A stretch of DNA of 39,985 nucleotides, from the IMG/VR virus record IMGVR_UViG_3300044723_005541, positions 1-39,985 of that record; one strand, written 5' to 3'. The notes below the pieces were generated by a model, which was given only the letters and a program-made list of their open reading frames with translations, had not been told where the DNA came from and did no database searches. Below, one piece after another: positions 26,345 to 38,300 of the stretch. Numbering within the stretch: the first letter of the stretch is position 1; each line of letters starts with the position of its first letter. A program made the translations under genes and the position numbers. The DNA is from a virus (lineage: Duplodnaviria > Caudoviricetes).

Positions 26345-26352
26345 TATTTATG
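26345..26352 (-). promoter_or_regulatory. T4-type late promoter (CATAAATA) overlapping the stop of the giant gene
   Basis: Plus-strand tatttatg, about 21 nt upstream of the ATG at 26324. Confidence 0.8.
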
Positions 26353-29300
26353 CGATCTCTGGATCGATTGCTTCTTCACCGTAAAGTGCAAGATTGGGAG
26401 CAGTCCAATCATCGGGTACGCTAGTTTCAACCAGAATCTCGGGATTGGCATATCCACTTCCTACATTGTTGATTTCGATGTTTGCGATACCAACCAGAGC
26501 GCGAATATTGCCATCGAAACCAGAGATGGAGTCGATTCTAACCGTAGGTCTGGATGTGTAACCAGATCCACCAGAGGTGACCTGAACCAAGTCGATGAAA
26601 CCAGATGTCAGGTTAGCGTTACCAACGGCACCTTGACCGAAGATCGAACCAAGGTAATCGAAGGTGATGAGTGAGTTAGACGATTCGATGACCGCAACCT
26701 CACGATCCGTAGTCTCACCTTGAATATCTATAAAGTCACCAGGTTCGATGGGAGGAACGATCTCAGCAGCGTCAACGTCTGCTTCAGAACCAACGTAGGA
26801 GAATGCGACAAACGTGGAACCTACGCGGGGGATTTCGGAGAAGATGATTCTAGAACCAACGATCTCGAAACCAACACCAGGTTCCTGAACAACACCATTG
26901 AGCGAGACGATGATGTTGTTCTCAGGTCTAATGACGCTGGACTGAACGCCATCCGTGAGCGTGAGCGAGTAGAAGACCTCGTTACGCTTGAGGTTAAAGG
27001 ATTGACGCAAGGAGTCAAACTCGAACGAGATATCATCCAGTTGTCTGAGTTTACCAACGTAGAATCCTGTGAACGAAGAACCAAGTTCAGGTGCTTCGGT
27101 GAACTGAATCCTGTTAGAGAATGCTGTGAATGCATTTGTGCCACCAGGAGGTTGCAGGATACCATTGACAAAAATGAGGAGGTGACCTTCGGGATCGGGC
27201 AGGTATGAAGTGCCGTTCGCGATAGTGAGATCAAAGGTGGTTGTGGTGCCATCAAATCCCTTGAATGCACGCTTGACACGTGCTTTGAGATCAACGATGG
27301 CATCAATAACTGCCTTGTATGCATCTCTACCTTTGATAGCGTCTCTGGAAGTGAACGTTCCAGCGATATCTGTAAGATAAAGTCTCTTATTAAGACCTGC
27401 AGGTCTAACATCTTGAACCAGAGCAGATGCTGCACCAGGAGTTGTAACAGTAGTCGTGACACGTGCGAAACCTTCAGGGAAACTTGCAGTTCCATAATCA
27501 CCAACATTATCGTTGATAGCAAAGTCAACACCCTGTGCCATGCTGACATACAGGTAGTTATTATTCAAATCAACCTCAGTGATGATTGCATACTGATCAG
27601 GTTGCTGGATGTTGTTAATGACTCTATAAAGTCTGTTACCAACTCTAAACTGGTCAGCAGCGTTAAGAACACTGATACCCAGGCGAAGATATCCATCAGA
27701 TGCAATTCTGTCACCAACAGAGATCTCAAGACCAGCGTACTGGCGAACCTCAATATACTTCTCGGAAGATGCAGGGTAAACAACAGCATTCTTCTCGAAG
27801 ACGCCCAGAAGAGACTCGGTATCAACCGTCAAAGTACCACCTTCGTTAGATGTTACAGATGCTTCAGTCTTCAGGAATGATGTAGGTTGTGCAGTCGCGC
27901 CCGAGGTATAACCAAGGAACTCGATATCTGCAACAAAATCACCTTGAAGATTGATGATGTGAAGACGGTCTTCGATAGCACTGATTTGTGCAGTTGTAGA
28001 GTTCTCTCCACCAACAATCGTGTCTGTGACTGCCCAAGGACCTGCAGTTACCTCAACATCGAGATACTTGAAGTTTTCATCCTCGTGGAATCCATAGACA
28101 ACGCCAGTGATGGAAGGAGCACCCTGCTTAGCAACCGTTTCATTCATTGTGAAGGGACCATCAGTGATTTCGCCATCAATTCTGAAACGTTTGTAGACCT
28201 TGACAATCTTACCTTCGTTCAGAGTGCTTGAAGAAAGTTCTGCGTGCGCGTCAGAATCGAGACCATAGAAGTAATCTGCCTGATTTAGTCCACCAGAGAT
28301 GCCAACAGGAAGGTCTCTATCACCATAAGTCTTATCAACAAAACCAACACCGTTGATTTGCGTGATACCCGTGTAATGCGTATCATCCGCAAGTTGTTTT
28401 GTAATAGTAGATACACCCAGGCGAATAAGTCTAGAAACAGAAGTTTCCGAATAAACACCATTTGTAAGAGCATCCGAACCATTAGGATCTTGATAGAAAC
28501 TAGAGATAGTAGCAGCGGTAGAAGGACTTATCAGTTCATTTGTCAGAGACTGAATCATGAACTGCTGCAACAATCCGAGAGCGTAGGTCTTGATGTTGTA
28601 CTCAGCATTAGAGTAGAACAGTTGACCCGAGTTTGCGGTGTAAGGATCCAAAGCACCAGAGTTCAGTTTGATACCCCAGACATAGAATCCTTGACCATAT
28701 GTTGCATTAATATTTGCGCGGTTGTAAAGTCCGAAATCTAAGTAAACGTTTGCAATACCGAAACCAAACGATGCAGTTGCATGAACTCGGAACCAGTCAT
28801 CACCAACAGGCGTAACACCGTAATCATCAAGTGTAATACCAGGACTTACGAATACAGACGCTTCTGCAATCTGTCCTGTAAAGAGATCGACGTTGAAGTT
28901 GATATTCTTCGTCTGACTGTCCATTGCAAACTTGAAGTTCAGGGAACCAAGTTCTGCTTTCTTGAAGAATGCAGACAGAGTAAACTGCTGCTGCTCACTA
29001 ATACCAGGATAACCTGTATCGAAAGTTTCATTAGTACTGTCAAATCTTCTACCAGTGCTATCAAATGTTTCGTATGCAGTGAGGTTATAACCTCTATACA
29101 TGAAGTGAGTACCACCACCGACACCAAATAGTTTGTCTGCGGTTTGTGTACCATCAGGTGCTGTTTGAACATTGCTATACCAAGCAGTATTTGAGAAGCT
29201 GTTGTATCCCAGATTTTCTGGGAAGGTATACAGGTTTGGAGAAGATGTCTGACCAGAGATGGGAGACTGAATCTGTCTTGCTTGCTCAAGAATTTTGACA

Positions 29301-32300
29301 TTTGTGGGACTAGTGTACCAATCAAATGCAGAAGAGACACCAGGGAAAAATCCGAAAGGACTGGTTCCAGTTCCCACAGGACCACCGCCATATGTTGTGA
29401 GAGTGAAGCTATTAGGACCATTATCCTCAATAGGACTACCTTGACAAAGCAGAACTTCAGTCTCAGTAACATCACTTGCAATGAACGCACGAGTAGGCGT
29501 ACTGAATACAGTATCACCAACAGTAGAAGTGCCTCTTTGATAAACTGCTGTGCTAGAAACACGCCAGTCAGAGATATAACCGTCAGCAGTGTTGTCTCCA
29601 GTGTATCCAACATATGGAGCACCAACTACAAACTGAGTGAGATTATAGTCAGTAGTCATGGTTCCTGTGCCTTGCAGGATACCGTTCAGGTAGATAGAAC
29701 AATCATCTCCATTTTGAGCGGTATCTCTGACGAATGCCATGTGGATCCATGTATTAGGAGATGTAGTAACTCCATTTAACTGATTGATGTTAATCCAGTT
29801 AGCGCTATTACCACCCCAGAAACCGACGTTAGAAGTACCAGCACCAAGATAGAAGTTAAAGTTGTTGGCATTGGAACCAGAAGCGTAGAACGAAGTATTT
29901 GCATCATCTCTTCTGACCCAACACTCCAAAGTGAATGAATCAGTTCCAAGAGTAACACCAGTGTCAACTCTTACACTATCATTAACACCATCAAAGTACC
30001 AGGAACCATTGCCCGTGGCAACCGTTGCTGTAGCACCAGAAGTGCCGCCTGTAAGAGTATCATTCTGTACGAATAAGGTTGACATGGTGCCAACATACAT
30101 TGTTTGATCTTTCTTATCAAACTCAAGGATAGTTGCAGTACCGCCACCGCTAGAGGTTACAGTTTCACCAACTTCAAAATCAGTAGAACTAATATTTGCG
30201 AGAGAGATTACATATCCATCCTGAACATCGCTAATATTAGTAGTGATTGAATCGGTAGTAATATTATTAACAACATCGCTAATGAAATCACTATAGACCC
30301 AAGAGTTTGAACCGAACTGATTGTTGACTCTTTGACCAATCTCACCATCATAATATCTGGAGTTGAATCTAAAGTTTTTAGCAGCATTTCTAATTTTGTT
30401 ATCACCAGGTGCAAGACCTTCGATAACAATATCTACCAAATCACGGAGTCTATAGACTGCCTGATCAATATCAGTAGGAGTCTCAAGGTCTCTATATGCA
30501 GACTGACTGGTGTAGACAGCAGCATATTGATCACCAGTGATGCTAGAACCAGAACTATAAAGAAGATTTCTGATTGCCTTTTCACCTAAGGTGCGAATCT
30601 GCTCAAATGCATATACCGTAGGAAGAAGTTCTTTCTCAATATAGTTCAATGTGCCATTTGCATTTAGATACTTCTCCATATTAGCAACTGTGCTGTTGTT
30701 ACCACCAGTTTGCAGGTCGGAGATGATTGCAACAATCAGATACTTGATATCACGCTGACACTTAGCAGTGTCGTATGTGTATGCCTGATAGTTTGCACCA
30801 TCGATATTGAAGCGCAGATATTCATTTGTGATACCAGTGATTTCTTCAGCAATATACTGTCTGTTGAAATACAGACGGTCGCCAGCAATGTTAAAGTCTT
30901 CATCTGTGGGAGCAATGATATCATTGATTGTAGTAATCAGAGTATCGATTGCAGACTTAACGTTTGCACAACCACCTGGGTCATTTGTAATACCCCAATC
31001 ACCAACAATAATGTCATCGGTATTGTCATAGGTCAAGTCACCATTAATCGCTTGCTTCATGTAGAAACCAAGGCGATTGTGTGCGTAGACAGACTGCCAA
31101 ACTTGCAGACGAATGTACTGCAGTTCGTTGCCAGTGCCCAGATAGAATCTCGCTGCTTCAACAGAGAAGAAGTTACCACCGTTACGGATATCTTTAGACA
31201 TTGCACCAACAATCAGTGCCATGTCAGTCTTACAACGCAAGGTGCCATCAGTGCTACCACCAGCGTTACGAGGCATTTCGGTTGCCAAGTCAGGATAGCG
31301 AGAAAGCATATCTGCTGCTGCCTTATCAACGATAACAGAAGTATTAGCGTCAATCAGATTTGCAGCATCACGGAATCTGTAACGAGAATCCAGATCAATC
31401 TTATTAGTGTACAGTACATCATCGTTAGCATTATGATATGTGGTGGTGAAAGGCGTTTCGAGGAACGCATCAACTGTGCCACCCATGAACTCATAGGCAG
31501 GTTCTACCTTAGTAATAGTGCCCAGGTGATCAACAGGAGTGCCGAGATTTGCTTGCTCAAGAGTATCGGTGAGGATATCCATGAGGTTGCCAACTGTAGA
31601 CCAGACATCAGCACAATCACCAGTGGTATAGTTCAGTTCAGTAACTGAAGAAGAAAGTGCAGAGACGAATGTGTGAGTATATTGCTGACCTGCAGGAGAA
31701 GCACCAACGTTGACTGTGATTGTCGTTGCATCAAAAGCGGTAACTGCAAGAACTGCATTAGCAGCAGGATCAGTCTTACGAGGATACGAAATCTCTCTGT
31801 CATTATTATCATCATCACAAGTGAATGTAATAGATTCAGTCGTAAGAGTGACTCTAGATGCAGTTGTCAGAGAGTGTGCGCCGATTGTAAGGACAAGATC
31901 ACCTGTTGCAGCATTATAAGTTGCTGTAGAAGGTGAGAAGGTAGTAAGAGACGTATAAGAAGAGTCGGTGATAGTTGCATCAGTGCTCTGCGTCAATCCA
32001 TGACTACCAGCAACAGTCCAAAGGACGTTGTTGATGATATATTGAAGCATTTCCTTGACTTTATCATATGTCCAAACACTTTCAACAACTTCAGTCTCAA
32101 TATGATTCAAAGTGACAGGAGTATTAGTTCTATCAACATAAACTGCCGAAGCATCCCACATATGATTATTTGAACCATTACGAAGGTCTTCAACCAATGC
32201 ACTAAGAATATCTCTAACATCATCTTCACAGTTGACATTTCCACCAGGAATTACCAGGGAGGGATACTGTACTGTAAGAAGGTGTACTGCTTCTTTTGCG

Positions 32301-35300
32301 ATGAAGTTTTTATTCGATTCAATCAGATTTGCTGCATCATAGTATCTGTGAGTCTTACCAGCAAAACCAGTAGGCAGATTAGCAGAGTTTGCTCTCCATG
32401 TTGCAGCGATTACATCATTGTTGAACTCTTCATTGTTTGTGAAGGACTCAGCACCAGACCAGTCTTCAGTGTAAGTCGCAGTATCAACACCATCAAAGTG
32501 AACGAGCAACTTAGCATTTGCATCCCCTTGGAACATTCCAGTGAGTGCAGTGAATGCTGCAGTATAACGGTTGGTGTTTGATACACGCAGTTCATCGATA
32601 TGACCTTCAAAAGCGTTGGTGGCATTCCAATCAGAACCAATATTCAATGGTTTTGCTGTATAGGTAGTAGCATCAGTAGCACTACCTCTTTCCACACCAT
32701 CAATGTAAAGTTTGATACCATCAGCACCTGTGGAGGAGCGTACAACTGCAATGTGGTGCCAGGTGTTAGCAGTCAAACTCAGGAGACCCGAGGTAACAAC
32801 GTCCGAACCAGCAACAGAGAAGCGAACCTGTCCATTCTCCAAATAAAGTGCTGCTGCAGTATCACCGCTAGAACCGCTTCTCTGGTCAAGAATGTAAGAG
32901 GTTCCAGTCAGAGCATCGGTTGCGGGACGAACATAAACATCATATGTAAATGCACCTGTACTAAATGCAAACTCAGAAGAGGATGCAATGTTGAGGTAGT
33001 CACCAGCACCATCTAAAAGCAGAGAAGAAGTGCCATACTTGTATTGTGCAGTATCCAGTTGAGCATCACCGTTAAAAGTGATGTCAAAGATATCATCACC
33101 AGTAGACTGACATCTACCAATCTTACCGATAAAGACTGTACCACGTGCCTGGTTATAACCAATGACTTCGCCCTTAGTATCAGTGGTTCTGATTACTTGA
33201 CCGACTCCCAAGAATCCAGTGCCTTGTTTGTCATCGAAAGTAACCTTTCTGACGACCATATCTTCAGAATTTTGGAAGTTATTGGTCAGGTTACCATACC
33301 CAATCTTATAGTTTCTGATTTTTTCATCAGATTGGAATGTACCTGTAAGGTTGTCATAAGAAATGACATAGTTGTTGATGAACTCAGTTCCAGGGAACTT
33401 AGAGTCAAAATCACTAGAGTTATCAGTAAAGTCTACAATATTGACTTGAGACTTAGAAATATCATCTAGAACAATGTTGGGATATGAGGAAGAAGTTAGA
33501 CGGTTGAAGAGTAGACCGAAGAAAGAGGAACCTTCAGAAATATTGACCTGTTCAATAAACTCGTTAGTTACAGGATCTTGATATGCAGATGTAGCAGTAA
33601 CTCTCGCAACAACACCAGAAGAAGCGCCGATAATGACATCATCCAACTGAATATCAAACAGACCAGGTTTCGACTGATAAGTACCAACTGTCTTACTCAG
33701 AGCAAGTTTGTCGGTGATTTCCAGATCAGTACCATACAGAGGTTGATCTTCCTGATGTGAAATTGCGGTTGTGCTGAGTTGACCACGCTGAACATTCAAA
33801 ACAGTAGAATCAGTTTCAACAGTTACACCTTGTAAGGTGATAATCTCAGCACCCAGTTGATAGTTTGCACCGATAGTAAACTCAGATGCAGCAACAAATG
33901 TGTCATTCTCTTGTGCTGGATCGACAACTTCTATACTAGTTGTACCAGCACCGATCGTATATCTCAGTTCAGCAATAGGAGTGTTTTCGCCCGTTTCTAG
34001 GTTGACTTCCTCAACAACTGCGGTGTTACCTTCGAGGTTTGAGACAGTTTCGCTAAAGTTAAACAGACCCAGATTAGTTACTGGAGTGATGTCTGCCAAG
34101 TTTGCAGCAAATCCAGTTGCACCAACAGTAGTAAGTTCAGCAACAGCAAATCCAGATGCTTGAAGAACATCAATGGTTGCTGAAGTAGTTCCACCAGGGA
34201 TAGTGATTGTTTCATTATTAACATATGCTACACCAGAGTTATTACCAATGGTAACAGAAGTTACCGCACCAGATACAACAGTGTAGTTAAGCGTCAGACC
34301 ACTGCCAGCACCAGAAGAAGTTGTTGCCTGATTAGTATAGGTGCCATCTGTGTATCCAGCGCCACCAGTCAAGCTACTACCGTCAAGTGTATTGACGATA
34401 CCAACATTACCTTGGGTGATGAAACCGAAGATAGAATCACCAACAACAGAGGTTACAGTCAATCTAGAAGTAGACTGAGTGCCAACCAGAGTCATACCAA
34501 CTAGAGGGAAGATACCACTCGGATTAGTGAAAGTAAACTCATAGGTTTGAATCTGAGCAATCTCAACATTTACATACTTAACGCTAGCAGGAGGTTGTGG
34601 TGGTTCGTTGAAGACAATAGATTCACCCTGAATCTCAAATGCTGTATTAGGAGTCTGAACAACACCGTTAAGAATAACCATCATCTGATCAGCAGATGCA
34701 ACAACATTTGTTCCATCAACTTGCAGAGGGAATGCAATACGTTGCCCATCAAACAGATTAGAGATATCATCGAGTCTCTGAACTGTAGAAGTCAAAATAT
34801 TCTCCGAAGAGGTTAGTCTCTTCTGACGGAACAAAACTTCAGTATTATTGAATGCTGTGTATACAGGTTCAACAAGAGCAAAACTTTGAATATTAGGAAC
34901 TGTTGCTTCTCTTGCAAGTTCAACAGACTTAGTTAACTCAAAAGAAGTCTCTTTGTTAGGAACAAAACCATACTCATTCAGATTCAGTTCACCAAAAACC
35001 TTAAAGGATGCTGGGTGAACGTTTTTGATGAGAATATCTTTCCACTCACTGATAGAAACAGCAGACTTAATGGCGTAGGAGAAGTCCTGATAGTAGTAGG
35101 AGTCTTGAATCTTCTGAATAATTTCGGAAGGTTTACCAACGTCATCAATAAACTGACCAGTTGTTTTGGTAATAGATCCAACATCCAGAACACCCTTAGC
35201 GATGTTCAGAGAACTGATAGTACCAGAGGACTTAGAAATAACACCTGTTACTTTTTCACCAGACCCAAAATCGCCAGTGTAATCAACGATCTTAATGATT

Positions 35301-38300
35301 CTGGGACCAACCTGCCAACCTTCGTTAGTGGAGACAAAACCAGTTGCAGTTGCATTCTCAAGAGAATCACCTTGATAAACAAGTTCACCTTCGAGGAAGG
35401 TAGATGTGATAACGTTTGCAGTTGCAGCACCACCAAAGGATGTGGTCTGAACTTGCTGACGACCTGTACCAGCATTGGTAAATGTCAGAGCATCACCGAG
35501 TTCTGCGTTTGCTGAAGTAATAGCGATCTTGAGTTGATCATCTTCCAGAGAGTTTGCAGAACCAGCAATAGCATAGTAAGTGGTGTTTCCATTTAGTCTA
35601 CCAACTGCACCAGCAGCGATTGGGAAATCGGCACCATCACCAGTATCTACTACGTTTAGTGAGATTTCAGCGCCGTTTGCAATACCATGTGGGAAGGAGA
35701 ACTGCAGCAGACCCAAATCAAGGTTGATGACATAGTTGAAAGAAGACTTCAGTTGAACTGTAGGCGTAGAAGAGTATCCAGCACCAGGATCCTTAACTTC
35801 AATCTTATCAAGACGACCGTTCTTAATGGAGGACTCTGCAATAGCGCCAGAACCGCCTCCACCAGTGATAACAACAGCGGGTGCTTGAGAGTAACCAGAA
35901 CCAGGATCGGTAATAGTAATGCTGTCCAGAATGCTGGTAGAGGTCAACTGAGCGTTGATGGGGAATGTAATCTCAGGACGCAGTGTATAGTCATGAGGAT
36001 AATCATAACCAAAGTTGTTGTTCTTCAGTTTCTTGATCTTACCGATGCTATCTCCTGTTGGGAAGATAGAAGCACCAGTACCAGATGCAGGAATAACAAC
36101 TGTAACTTCAGCACCAGAACCAGTCAGTCCTGCACCAAGAATGCCATCGATTGCATCAATATCAACTGTAGCAGTCGTATATCCCTTTCCAGGAGAAGTA
36201 ACAGTAACATTCTGAATCTGACCAGGAATGGGAGCACCCTCGTCATCAGTACCGTCAGCAACAGTAACAGAGACTAAACCACCTTCACCATTTCCAGAAA
36301 TGGGAACGCCACTGTATGTACCAACTGCATATTCTGTTCCAGGTTCGTTGATTTCAACACGCTCAATCTGTCTTGTAGACCTGATTGTTTGGATGATAGG
36401 CAGTTTTGTATAGAATCCGCCAGAGTTGACAATACGGATATTTGAGATAGAACCAACTGCTTTCTTGGAACTAGTTGAATAAGATGCTTTAGAAACATCG
36501 GCATTTCCTTCTGGTTCGTCAAGTAGAGGGAACTTGAGAATATCAGGACCTCTAGTGATAGTTTCACCAGAAACAGAACTTACCTCAAACGTGCCTCTAT
36601 AAGGAGATCCAACAATATCCAAGTAACTACCCTGAATGATAGGTGAATCATCAGCATCAATTCTAGAAGGATCGAAGTAGTAAGAGATATTGGTAACAAT
36701 ATCTTCATCAACCTTGAACTTAACAGTAGGTGTGGGTTGACCTTCACCAGTTACACCAGGAGTTCCAACACGCTCGATAGAGTTGAAAGAATACTCCAGT
36801 TTGTAGAGGTTATCCTTAGCAAAGGACAGGTTGCCACCTAGCATAGAAGAGTGACTGAGGTCAAACAGATACTGATGACCATAGTACATCTTCAGAACAG
36901 GAGACTTAATAAAGATACTTACAGCACTTGCAGAAGTTGCAGGATCAGTAACTGCTGCCTGAGGAAGTTTATAAACAAACTCAAGTGGACTAATAATTCT
37001 ATCGACAGGGAAAGAACCATCGTATTCATCATATACAACTTCACCAATCTCTTGACTGGGATTACCGTCAACATAGAGCATATCACCTGCACGCAGATAG
37101 TTTCTAGTGCTAGTGATTACATAAACTTCATCACTATTTGCACGTGCTGTAACTTGCAGGATTTTAGTAAGATTTGTAATCAAAGTGATTTTCAATACAC
37201 CAGTCAAACCAGTGATATTGATTGTGCTGTATGCAGCGTTATAAGAAACGTTGTTGCCATCCAAGGTGATAACAGAACCTACAATAAATGCAGAGGAACC
37301 GCTAACCTCATCAATACGAACAGAATAGTCATCATCGGTGTAAGGTTTAAACTTAGCAAAACTATCCAGGTTGCCAGTACCTACACTTGCAGTTCCATCT
37401 AGATTGAAATCATTCAAATCGATATCAAATGTACCAGGAGTAGTATTGACGATTTCAGCAAAACTAAACGAATCGATTTGATTGATATCGTTAGGAATAG
37501 GACCAACGATACCATAAGTAGATTGCTCATTGAACTGCTCTGTACTGAGTTCGCCAGTATTCAGATCATTTGACCAAGAGTTATTATTGACAGCAAGGTA
37601 CACTTTATTAGTGTCATTATCAATCCTAGTGATATAACCGCTGTTGACAAAAGACGCACCATTTTTCAGTACCAGTTTTGATCCAACAGTAAATCTGAAG
37701 GACTGATTGATTGTAAGTTCTTGAACATTATCAATCTTAACGGTGTCCGTTACCTTGAAGTAATATCGGTCTTTAACAACTGCAGTAACCTTCAGTTTCT
37801 GAGAACCAGGAGAAGGAACGGTAGCAGTTCTAGAACTCCAAATATCCTTACTATAGGTGAGTGTAGCACCTGTAGTCTCAGTCATTGTGGTAGTTGCATC
37901 ATCAAAGTCGAGAGATTGCAGACCAGCAGTACCAAGATCAAAACCAGTGCTACCCATAGTAAGAGAGACACCTGTTACGGGAGAAACTGCAGTTCTTACG
38001 AATCCAACTTGAGTTTCAGTTTGAACACCTTTATCACCAAGGCGAACAGCATCAGCATTCTTGTCAACCTTCAGACCCCAACCAACATAATCAATATAAT
38101 CACGAACCTGAGAATAAGTGGTAAAGAATGCAGTATCAGTCCAGGAGAAGGTCAGTCCAAAGTCACCAGTTGAGGGAAGATTTTGTACATCCGAGGGAAC
38201 AGTTGGAGTAACGGCACGATTTCTCAGTCTGAGATTATCAACATAGTATTGACCTTGCTCATTAGAACGGAAAGTGCCCAGAGTACCATCTCTACCAGCA

